DNA of 64,000 nt from Bispira polyomma (taxonomy: Eukaryota), in contig OZ287750.1 of assembly GCA_965649765.1 (NCBI GenBank), forward strand, positions 73,346,001 through 73,410,000, given 5' to 3'. The translations under genes were made by a program, and so were the position numbers. Below are positions 13,524-25,400 of the stretch, piece by piece. Numbering within the stretch: position 1 is the first letter of the stretch; every line of letters starts with the position of its first letter. The notes beneath the pieces are model-generated. The model searched no databases and had not been told where the DNA came from. It saw nothing but the letters and a program-made list of their open reading frames with translations.

Positions 13524-14424
13524 CCCTTCTTGGGTCATAGTTTAGTTTGATGTGCACCCTCACAAGATTCACAACTGTGAATAATTGACCAGATGTCCTG
13601 TGGCTTGCATTGAATTTGCAGGTACCCTTCTGATAAAATTGACAATTGACACCCTAACTTTTACTTTGGGTTTTACTCTTACTGCCACCACCAGCCTTAG
13701 AACTATGGCTACTACTTGCACTATTTTATATATGGTGCTGGGCATGTGCCCGACGGATCCTATCGAATTTATCCACATCCGTCCACTTAAGACGATCTAA
13801 CTTCATGTTTGTTAATAATATCGCATGTGAGGCCTTGGTTGCCTCCCACGAAAAATCGTGGGCATCGTCCATGAGATTTGTTAGATATTCAAGCATGAAT
13901 TCGATAAACTCTTGGGACTTTTGTTCTTGAACACACCTAACAAAACCTGAAGTGAATTGAACGAGGGTTCAGTTATAGTACATTGGACGTGTTTTCTTGG
14001 CACCGGACAATACAAAGTTTTGCGGGCAATCGACTTGGGTTTGTAAGTTATCATTAGACCGTAGGTAATCTAGAGAAGGGATATCAGTTTCGCCTACAGG
14101 CTCAGGCACCTTGGCCACACTTTCACTAGAAACAATACTACTAGATTGGGGTCTAACAATGGGTAAAGTACTACACGCCTGATAGGCGCAGGGTTGGCAC
14201 AGCGCCGCCTCTGTAACCTTCACGCGCTGGTCCATACTGTCCATTTTGTTGTTTAAAGACTGTAACTGTAGTAATATTTGTTCAGACACAGAGTCAGATA
14301 CTTTAGCAGTCGTGGGTACTTCATCAGCGACTCTGTCCACCACTACATAACCACACGTTTTGCCTACAGGCCGTTCATGCTTCTCCATACAGACATTACA
14401 TTGGTACACACGTTTAGATGCCAT
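13511..14424 (-). pseudogene. Ngaro-like gag/ORF1
   Basis: N-terminal CxxC..H..C; LMDDAHDFSWEATKASHAILL..W...DRIRRAHAQ; CCH finger (CKFYQKGTC..H) and a CESCEGAHQTKL(*) knuckle; ends TKN*. Confidence 0.75.
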
Positions 14425-16373
14425 AATGAGAGATATTTGTTAACTTAAAACAATTAAAACCGGGGTAGTAAACGCCCAATTGTAAAAACTCTCTTGTGTG
14501 TTGAGAGATTAAAATTTAATGATGGCGCTGGTTAGGTGCCAAAGCCATTTATATGTGGCCTCATGACTCCAGGTGGCCCAATTGGCCCCCCAGTAGCCTG
14601 TACCAGAACTGAGGGGGGCTGACATCAAAGTGTCAGCCCCCAAATAAAGGTTCCCATGCCTCCAAGTACAAAACAAATTTTACATCTGGATCATTTAATT
14701 GGAGTAGTGTCATTTGTTCATAATAAATTACTTTGAACTTCTTTTGAAAACAAAAAAAATTTATCTTTCTATAAGTTACTGCACATCGAAATATATTTTT
14801 TTTGCATGCATAATAATTAAATTAACTGGTTTATAATTTTTATCCATAGCCATCATTATTTAATATTAGGAAGTGCTGTCTTTCAACATATTTCCCTCAG
14901 ATCAGATCAGACGTTGGACCAACATATTTTATCTGTTAGGGAGGGAAAAAAATGAGAGGTCTGTCCGATTTTTCAACAAAAATTAAGAAAAATTTATATA
15001 TAAATATATATATTAAAATATTTAGTACTTATTGGATGAAAGCGATACATCAGCTCATGTCGGATCTGCTGAAAGGAAGCCCAGGCTAAATGTCAGTAAA
15101 ATAAACTATTAATAGATCTGTTTTTGGATCATTAAACAAAACTTCAAATTGAAAGAGACATGCCAAAATGTTATACATTTTAAAAGGTTCAACTAGAATG
15201 GACATTGAATATAAGGCATCTCCACTAAGGTACCACAATGCTAAAAAGGTGACAAAATCATTAATCTGCCTTCCTACTTGGAACCTCTCCAAAATGTAAT
15301 GGATTATTCATTGTCCTATGTCCCACTAATCCACCACATTTCAAGTGAATTGGTTCACTTTGGGTTGTGTAGCAGTGTGCTGGTTAGCTGTAATTGTGTA
15401 ATCAAGATTATAATGTGGGGTTCACACTATGGCAATATAGAGAGATGGTAAGATAAGTTATGTAAATCACCTTGTAGCACGGGTAACTGTATCTACAAAA
15501 TCTTTAGCTACCTTTCCTCTTTGTCGTTTGCTGTATATATATTTAACTTTTTGGATATATAGACCCCCCCCCCCCTCCCAGATGTAAGGACCACATGTCT
15601 GTATGTAAAACCACTGTTCCCACCAGATTCACATTTTTACTTAAAAACAATAAACCCACACACATCTAAGAATGTAGCATCGTTCAATGTATATTTGCAT
15701 GACCAATGTGAGAGGTAGCATAGTCTAACATAATGATACATAACTCTGTGTGACTGTGTGTAATACACGAATGAACCATACTGCATCGTTAACAGTTCAA
15801 AAGTTCTTGCGCACCATTTTTAATGCCAGGTTATGTACATCCATGCATAACACGTCATAGCACACCAAATCTATATGCACACAAAACCCATGCAGTTTTC
15901 CAGCGCGCGGCACCTAGGCATAAGGCCCACAATTTTACCTGCCATTGGGATATTTTGTGAAGCTGCAACTATTCTGAACTTCTTTAAAGCAATAGCTGCA
16001 TAATGCTAATGTTTATTTATTACAGTGGATAAAACTCAATACTGCTGGAAGAACATCAGCAGTTGTATTGGCAAGCACAGTGTCACCAACTCAGAGGATG
16101 GGCCCAGATAACTGACGTGAGAGGGATAACTACATGCTGCCTAGGTCTCCTATCGCGCCTTCTCCAGAGGCAGTTATACATGACTAAATTATTTCTGATC
16201 ATAATTTAAGTCTGTCTAACCCAGTATAAGTTCAACTTGATGGACAACTTGTATATATATCTTACTCTCCTCTGCTCCATGACATATCATGTGAAAACGA
16301 TTTCCTGAGCAAAAGTCCACTTCCTTTTGGACGGGAACTCGATACCTTCCCTTAAGATGTATTACCTGGTCTC

Positions 16374-16630
16374 TTTGAATTTGAATTTGGATATTTATCG
16401 TCCACTCTAGTACCTTTTAGTAGGTTATATTGGGACGGGTAGTTGGAAACGCTGGAGGAAACACTGCATACAGTCGGTCAAGGTTCTGCAGAGAAACCAG
16501 CGGCCCACAGTAAGGAACTACCACCTTTCCCACATAGGCATCGACGGGATTCGAACTCACGCCGCCCAGAGGTGAGAGACCAGTGATTGTGAAGCGCAAT
16601 GCTTGCTAACCACTAGGCCACCGCGGCCTC
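16374..16630 (-). mobile_element. SINE A, full length
   Basis: Perfect 15-bp TSD gtattacctggtctc at 16359-16373 and 16631-16645; intact B box GTTCGAATCC. Confidence 0.92.
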
Positions 16631-16679
16631 GTATTACCTGGTCTCAACCATATAACCACTTTGTACTAAAGTATCATAA

Positions 16680-17027
16680 AGGGCGTTACCGACTGTCGAC
16701 TGTCGACATGACACTGCAGGGTAAATACACGGCACGACACGACATTGCTATTCACATCAAACAAGACACAACATTACATAATCTATATAAAATCAATACA
16801 CAACCAAAATTGAGGTTTTTCTTTTGCACCTAATTGTCCTAAAACAAAATAGAAATACGCAATGTTTTTTTTAGAAATTTCTCCAGGTCCAATTGCCTTG
16901 TTGTGAAGTGGAGTGCAGTGTTTTGCCAAGAGATGTCTATATATAATCTTCATATACTTTCTTACTTCAAAGTGTGTTTTTTTTTTGTGTGCAGTGTCTT
17001 GTCATGTCGGTGTAGTATAAAGGCCTA
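16680..17027. mobile_element. MITE-like element
   Basis: Subterminal inverted motifs cgacatgacactgca (~16704) and tgcagtgtcttgtcatgtcg (~16990). Confidence 0.4.
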
Positions 17028-19321
17028 TAAAAGCGTAGGATAACTGTAGGTTACAGACAGAAGTTGGACACAAATTCTTGGATATGGCGTTTCACATGGA
17101 TCCACTCTCTAAAATATATCAGTTATTCTTTAGCCCACCCCTCCACCAAATTCCATGTAAATTGCTTTAGTCTTTTTTTGTCTGATCCTAATGACAAATT
17201 AAAAAAAAAAACAGACATGGCAAAAAACATAACTTCCTCAGTGGCGGTAACAAGTATATTTGTTCAAAGGAAATCTTGTCATATTCAATGCTATCAATAT
17301 TTGTTCATAGATCTCTCTCATGTAAAAGCAATTTTTGAACATAATTTAAAATATTATTTCCTATTTATTTCAGAGAACGCAGTTTTTATAAATTAAAATA
17401 GCATGCGCCTAATATTCGTGTCGTCAACCATTTGACATTTGTATCTGGTGTGTATATACAGGATCTAGTGTTTCGTCTGTTAGGATACAAATCTGTCTGA
17501 GGTAATGAACAATAAATCATTTGATAAAAACATCATATCATAAAGTCATTTGGTTAACAAAGTCAATGTGAGGTCTCTCTCTCTCTTTTAAGGGGTGATT
17601 TCTTTTCCATTATGAAATATTTGTTTTCCCAAACCAACCAAACACTCGTGAGGAAGGCATTATTTTGTACTGAAGTAGAGGGGCGTGCCTGTAAATAACC
17701 TTATTTCATATTTGCATTAATTGGAGAAACGTAGCAAAAATCAAAAGGATGGGCCGTTTTGTACACATTCAGTACGCATCTGTACACATTTTTACACGCA
17801 TTTAATACGTTTCAATAGCTATTTTAGTTATGTTTAACTTGTTAGCCACGTTTTAATAATACGTGAGCCTCGATAGCCACGTTTTAACCACATTAGCCAC
17901 ATTTTAGAACTACGTTAGTCACGCTTCTAAACCTGTTTCAGTCTCGTTCTCCTCGTTTTTAGCGTTGGTAAACCCGATTCGTTCTCATTCTCCTCGTCCT
18001 TAATATTATGTTTAGGTATAGTTTGTTTTACTCCTGCTTTTAATGTCAAATACGCATTGAATATGTTTTATATATTTGCCACAAACGCACCGCCCATTTT
18101 CTGAAATTTTTGCAGCAAACAGCAAAGAACGTAAAAAATTTCGTTTTTTTTAAAAGCAGGCGATAACTAAACTTGAGGTACCACCTTTTTCCTTACGTAT
18201 ACATCCGTTACTTCCGTTTACTATGCTTTACTTACGTTTTACCTTACGTTAACCATTTTTTGTGCGTAAGTGAAACGTAAGCCCAGTGTGACCATGTTAT
18301 TAAATATTATCATAATTAGTGTGGTAAGAGATCATTTAAAAGTTTAAAAGGTTTTACATTGATAACCTTCTCATGCCTGATTTGAATACTGTTCTATTGA
18401 CTTCATATGCTCTTGTCAGTAGCCATTTGGAGTACTATAAAGTCAATCCCTCTTTATCTGTATTTACTAAGATTGATTTATTGTAGACAACTGTATCACT
18501 AATTACATTTGCTGATCCTGCTTTTCAAAGTCATTTGGCACATGGTGTTTTAAGTTTGCACAAAAGTATAAAAGGTATAAAAACCATTGAGATTCAAACC
18601 ATTGCCCTCCGATGCAACTCACTATTATATATTAACAGTTCAAGCACCTAAGTCACTCTGAATCCTCCCATTTGTGGACATAATATTTGTAGTTGTCATT
18701 AAAATCTTTCACAAATAACTGTATTGGTGTCTTTTCAGACCCTTTTTAGAGTGTGTTTTGAGAGTATTTTGCATTCGAGGTCATTTAAAGTTGCAGCACG
18801 TGCTGAATGGAAAAGTCAGAAAAAACTTCAAAATACATCTGTATCAACTCGCCTTTCCACCTTTACTTTCATCTGTTAGTTACGTCTGAACTCTGATCAT
18901 GAACATTATTCCCTATCAGACTATAATTTTGCATTCAAACTGGAATGTGCCCCACAGAGGATGCCTTGTCATCGATTGTGGCACTATAGAAGTAAAAACA
19001 CATTCACATCACTAGCATTATTTTTAACGTTTTTTGGTCGTATCAGCACCAACCGTGGTAATCCAAAAACTGTCTTCAGAGGGAAGTGGCAAGTGACTGA
19101 GAAAGTAGATTGACTTTGGGTTTAATTCCTAGATATTATATTGCACTGGGCAGTTTATTGGTGGAAATTAGCAGGTTGTTGGTCTATGTTTTGGAACAGC
19201 AACCTACCAGTGTCCAGCAAGACTACTGCTAACTTTCCTACTTGCACTTCAGGGCCGAGATGATTCAAGTGTTACCCCTATACTACTGATGCCCCCAAGT
19301 GATTATGAATTTTTTTAAAAT

Positions 19322-19540
19322 TTATTTGGGATATACGTCGCTTTTAACGGCTTTGGTCATAATGCGACGACCAGGTTTAGTGGTGGAGAAAACAAATGTT
19401 GAAGCACTTTAAACCACCGTCCCAAGGCAAGTACCTGACAAACTTTCTCACATGAAGAAGTAATCTGTGGGATTTGATCCCCAGAGGTGTGAGGCCAGTG
19501 ATTTTGAAGCAGACGCTTATAACCACTGGACCACAGCTGC
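19322..19540 (-). mobile_element. SINE family B
   Basis: GTGGTCCAGTGG A box; shares CACTGGCCTC.CACCTCTG head segment with SINE A; colinear with 60083-60545. Confidence 0.8.
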
Positions 19541-20966
19541 TTAAAGTGTTTCTGAAAAACCCTCTTCCAAAGCCCCTGTTCCAGATTCACAACCTAACCC
19601 AAGATAATTCACGACAACCTCTGATCATGTGTGGATGTGAATTTGAGTATATTCTTAAGAAATAACCAGAATTACTCACGATTGCCCTTGCAATTGCTGC
19701 TTGATTGAGTTATAAACAATTTATCATGAATTGCCATCATAGACTCAAAACTGTCATAGCACTTGCTAAACAATCACGGTCATCAGGAGATTTTAAAGAA
19801 TTTTAGGTGTCAATTTATTGTTGAAAGATGGTCAAAGTTTAAATAAATAAGTATACAAGTAACTTGTTTACTTTCATAAAAGTTGGTTACTAAAACCAAG
19901 ACTAGTTTAATTACCTTATCTGTCATCATTTGTATAGCTTTTGTTTCAACATGGTCTGTTATTAAAAGAGAAAAAAAACTGGGTGTATTTAATAAAGCCG
20001 AACTAGTAGTGTAAACATATTTTGTTCACACAAAAAATGTACATATTTAATTAACACATAAATCATTTCTTTGCACCAGTCCATATATTGAGGCCTCTAA
20101 ATGTTTCAGTAGAAATTTGGTTTTAACTTTTTACTGTTTAATTTATTCATAGCAGAATGCCTGTTTAATACATTTCCTTGTATAAATTATGAATAAAACG
20201 TTCAGGTAACACCTATCTCTTTAAATTTGGCTATTTGTTTTTGGACTTGTTGATTAGTTAATTAATTCTGTTGTTGCGCTCACGTTAAAAATGCAAAAGT
20301 ACAAAATTATGTGTATCTATTCAATTTTACTGAATATACTTGTCATCATAAGGACGGCATTAATTAACGACTATAAGTCCCTCCTTAAACCATTTACTAG
20401 CTCACGTAATAACGGAAAATTTCTGCAACAACTATGTTGCAATATTGATTGTACCTGTTGAAATCACAAACAATTACTTACCTTTGACATATACATATTA
20501 GAGCTGACCTAAAATAACTACTGGTGCAAAGAGTATTAATTCATTTTTAACAAGAGTTTAATTAGACTTATAAGAGTGCTTTTTAGTACACATGAATACG
20601 TTGTTGCATTTTGTCCTCAATCATGTTTAGAAGTATTAAGTAAGTGCAAAATATGTATGTTAGCATTGTTACAAACTCTTGATTAAGCTATTTTTCTAGG
20701 CCTTATAAAATTTCATCGTATAATACCTACATTACTGTTAGTATACAGGGCGAGTTAGAGAAATGTATGAACATGTTGATAAACTGCCCCAATGTAACTT
20801 ATGGAGATGTATTGCCATGTTGATAGAATCAATAAAGCCTCAAGATGAAACAAACTATCTTATGCCCAATCGTTGAACTTAGGCCTGCATCATATGGCTC
20901 TACGAGACACTTCGCCAGTAATCTCAAATACCCAGACCTAATCATTGCATATCGTTTCATAATCGC

Positions 20967-21014
20967 ACCCCCCCCCCCACCCCCCCCCACCCCCACCCCC
21001 CCACCCCCCCCCCC
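20967..21014. repeat. C-rich simple repeat (G-quadruplex-capable on minus strand)
   Basis: Five C-runs of 5 or more separated by single A. Confidence 0.85.
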
Positions 21015-21844
21015 TAGTTATTAGCATTCATCGGGGCTCTTTGTTTTATAAAAGCTGCAACATTGTTTCACAACTGTTCCTAACCATGAGACAAACATGC
21101 TAAGTTTCAGCTTTTCGGATCTGGAGTTGAACTGGTTGCTCACAAGTTGAGATACGATTTGAAACTAGAAGTAAATGTAGTGCCAAGCGGGAAGGTGTGA
21201 CCTAAGCATAAAACATGTCTTAGTACTTCACAGATTTACAAATTTTATCTGTTTGTGACCAATCGCAGCGAGAAAACTATATTTTCTATCCGATTGCTCT
21301 TACTTAACATTATGACGCAAATAAATTAATTTTAATGAAAACAAAGAAAACATTGAAATGACTTTTTTTTAATTTTACACAACAATTAAGTTAAACAACA
21401 GTAATTATTCACGAAGTATTCCTCACATATCGTAGATAATCTTACACATAGCAGAGACAATATATATATATATGTATTAACCAGACCAGAACTTAATCCA
21501 CAACAAAGGACGACAATGTTATACCCATTTTTTTTTTTTTTTTTCAGGTGCAGCTATTGTAATACAAAGAATGTAAACAAATCCCACTGACAATATTACA
21601 GAAAATACATTAACATAGTTTATATTTTACAATACGTTCTTTTGTTTACAGAGATTATAATTATTAACTGCAAAAAATACTGATTTAAAAATAGGTTTAA
21701 TTTTTTTGAAAAACATTAGAAAAATTACAGCAAAATGGCACGACAGAGTACAACACTTTACCATCAAAATATAACCTCTAACATTGAAACACACCAGATA
21801 TACATTTATCATCCTCATGAATTTTCTGATATTAATATTATTAA

Positions 21845-22070
21845 ACTTAGTCTTAAACTTAGCATTTTTGGTTAAAATATATATAATTATATATAAGACT
21901 GTCTATTATAATTCTTAATATAAAGAGCAACGTTAACCCTAACCAACGATCTTTTCTTACTGTCACAGGGACTAAAACCAAATCTTAACCTTTTCGGGCT
22001 AAAAACAAAGACCTAAATCTTAAACTTAGGACTATGTTAAGACAAAGACATTTTTGTGAATACGGCCCCA
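21845..22070. mobile_element. MITE fragment (GGGGCCGTATTCACAAA terminus, cttaa-rich body) in the probable GPCR 3' UTR
   Basis: tttttgtgaatacggcccc at ~22051-22069; similar termini at ~53925-53943 and at both ends of 54482-54630. Confidence 0.5.
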
Positions 22071-22191
22071 GGTTTTTACTTATATTTCCAACAGTGTTTT
22101 ATATTCAATCAGCTTCCTGAAGAAAAAAATATCAATGCTTTTTTACCCTTGTTTCAATCCATCACTACTGATATTGATCCATATTAAATTG

Positions 22192-22408
22192 TTATAGCTT
22201 ATTGTCCGCCTCATTTACTGCGGGATTAGGAACGGTCCCGTTTTTCTCGGGGGGTTCTGCGGTCGACTTCATAGGGATAGCCGTTGTGGCAGTCGTCACT
22301 CGTGACGTCATACTTGTGACTCCCCCGGAAGTAGTGATGTAAGACTTGGACGGATCCTTGCCCTTCTTGTTACAAGTCAGACAGCGCAGGAATCCCATCC
22401 TAAACTGC
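22192..22408 (-). CDS. GPCR exon 9 (helix 8 and Ser/Thr-rich C-tail, stop TAA)
   Basis: TTTTCCAG acceptor; RQFRMGFLRCLTC (candidate palmitoylation Cys), then ORF 22192..22398. Confidence 0.92.
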
Positions 22409-25400
22409 CTGGAAAAGTGGATATCATGGATTAGTTATTAACAGAAAAATAATGCTGTTGGAAAAGTCATAACAATTAATATTCAAGGAACTATATTTGG
22501 GTTGTTTCCATGTGCACGGTAAACTGCGTTAGTGGTTCGTGGAAGGCAGAACAAACAAAAAAATACTAATGCTCAAATTTGTTCGTCTTCAGCTTGAAAA
22601 GTGACAGAAATTTGCATCTCATAAGGCCGGAAATAATATTGCAAATTGTTGTTTTTATTAGAAGAAAAATTACGAAGGATATGGCCATTTTAATAATCTA
22701 TAGATTAGTAATTCTTAAAAGTACCCATTTATTTGGCACATCTATCCATCCACTTAATGTCTTTTGGAATTGGGATTACCTAGGCGTAATGAGTGCTGTC
22801 AGATTTTGTTTATTTATTTGATTGTTTGATGAACTTTACCTACTTGTTTTCTTTATTTCAATTAAATTCTTCTGTGTAATATAACAGCACATTATGTGTA
22901 AATGATTTTCATAAAGAAAGCAAAGATAATCATGATGCTCTCAATAAATGTCAAAGACCTGGAAAATCCGATAATGAAATACTTTTTGGCCATAGTAATA
23001 TAACAGCATATTATATGTAAATGATTTTGGCAAGAGAAACCTTTAAAGTAATATTTAACCTTTTAGGATATATTCTACAATAGCGTACACAATATTTTGC
23101 CAGTATTTTTTCTCAAAAACTTTGGCTTCTGGCAACCACCACTTTGTTTCCCAAAATGCTTGTCAGTTTGACTAGGAATCGAATGTATAAAATGTAATAC
23201 ATTACACTTCCAAAAATACATTGCAGGAAGACAGAATATGAGAATGTACATCTAATTATGCTAGTACTTTCAAGTCAGCCAGTCTGTTTCAATGTGCGAT
23301 TGACCGCATCCTTGTTTTTGTAAAACTGTCTTACCTGGAGAGGAATCCGTACAGAATCGGGTTGAGTGCGCTATTGGCCAGAGACAGAAAGTTAAACCAG
23401 AGAGTGATGTCCCCGAGCTTAGCGATCATGGCCAGGTTGGTTTGGGCATGGTAGCTGGTCCTGTAAACCTGCATGGCGAGGTAGGGAGCCCAACAGACGA
23501 TGAAGACCACCAACACACTGATGAGGATACGGATCACCTAGCCGAGTGAATGATAATTACAGATGTAAAGATGGCTGAATATAGAAATATTCACTAAATT
23601 AATCTGAAAGTCCTAGATATGCCACTGGGGTTAAATACACATTAAATAACAATGATATATGTATATAAGAATCCACTTGACAGCATTCATGTGATCAGTG
23701 CGCCTTGCAACACTTTAAAAATAATACAAAGATTACAGTCAAAAATAAAAAGAAAAATATAGTCTAAAGGTTAAAAGATAGCTCAAAAAGGTATGTTTTC
23801 AGTTGTTTTTGAAAGCTATTTGTTGTCTGACTTTTATGTAGATGTGGTGGCAGTTGATTCTAGAGTTTCAGTGCAGCAACACTGTAAACGCAGTCTCCAG
23901 CTGGGATAAGCCTGGTCCTCCGAATATGTACTTTTGTACCAGTTTTGTTTCAAAAACATAAAAGATGGCTTTATTTTTAACTGAACTGAATAGCAAATTG
24001 GTAGCAAGTCCAATTCCATCAGAAGGTCTTTGGCAAAGTCCTTGGATCTAGGTAACACAAGCCTAGCAGCACAGTACTGGACACAAAGCAACTTATCTAG
24101 CAGCTACATACAAGTACCAATACGTATTCTATTGCAGTGATGAAGCCTGGATGTTATACATTTTTGTTGGGTCAGCACACAACAAAACCTGGTCATGTAG
24201 CAGACAGATACAGAACTAAAAAATTACTAATGTATTATGCAAATATAACTTAATATGTGAAGTCCTAAAAAAGCCACCATGGTCAAGTAAATATTGTAGC
24301 TAAATACATATGATATGGATATCATTGTAAATACTGCAGTTTATATAAATATAACTCTGATGGAGAACAAAAAAAAATTAAGTTGCTTTTTCGCGTTCAG
24401 TTATAGAGACTATTTACAAGTCAGTGTTAGTAGCTATCGTTAAACAACTGTACAAGTTTTTATACCTGTTGTGCCTGTGAAAAATGAAACTTAAACAAAA
24501 ATAAATTAACGAAAAAACAATAAAATGATTTTACAAATTCCTATTTTCGTTGCTTGATATTTAAAGTTAATGGATTTTTCTTCAATGTTATCAGGGTCTC
24601 TTTCTAAATTTAATATGGAGTCTAGCAGGTGACAATTTGTGACAGGTGATGATGGCATATCGGCGATGGAGAGAAAATGGAATAGTGACAGCCACACCTA
24701 TGTGAATTTAAAAGGTAGGACATTATATAAATACTGTGATGGACTCAAATAGCAGTGCCTTAAAGAAATCATGCTATTCATATGCTAGTTTTCCATATTA
24801 AAATATATACACAAATGACATTGACTAATAATTCTAGGTTAAAGTCATTAATAAATATCCCTAACAAGATCTGCTTTCTGACAAAATTTATTACTCTTCT
24901 AATTGAAGGCTTACTAGATTCTGTGTTTACCCTGAAATAAAGACAAGGACACTTCTGCCACAACCTTCCTGTTCTAGAACTAAACATTGCAATTAGTAAG
25001 GGCATAGTATTTGGGTTATATATTGTTAATTTATGAGGTTACATGTGTGGGACTACAAAAAATGCACAGAAACTTCTTATGGACATTGCATATGTTTTAA
25101 CAATCAAATGTTTGGTTTTAATTTAAAATTTGTTGAAAATTTAGAAATTCAATGGCTGTATTCATTAAAAACCACATCTTTGTGTTATTGAAAATGCTTT
25201 AATGTGGTAGAAAATAAAGATTTCAGGTGTATATTTTTAGCATCAAAAGCCAGGAGTTTTGGGAATTGTGTAATTAATTGTTACTTTCAAAAGATCTACA
25301 TGTGTTTGACAATAGTTCTTGGGACGTCATGAAAAATTGCTTTTAAAATGACAAGAAATAAAAGTGTGGGTGCATTAGTTTGGTACATTTGTGACATTTT

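Larger units (their letters stand above)
9560..14680 (-). mobile_element. Decayed tyrosine-recombinase retrotransposon, DIRS order, Ngaro-like (gag - RT/RNase H - YR)
   Basis: ORF order gag, RT/RH, YR with no methyltransferase seen; CATATAAAT TATA at ~14548-14556; many stops and frameshifts. Outer boundaries approximate. Confidence 0.88.
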
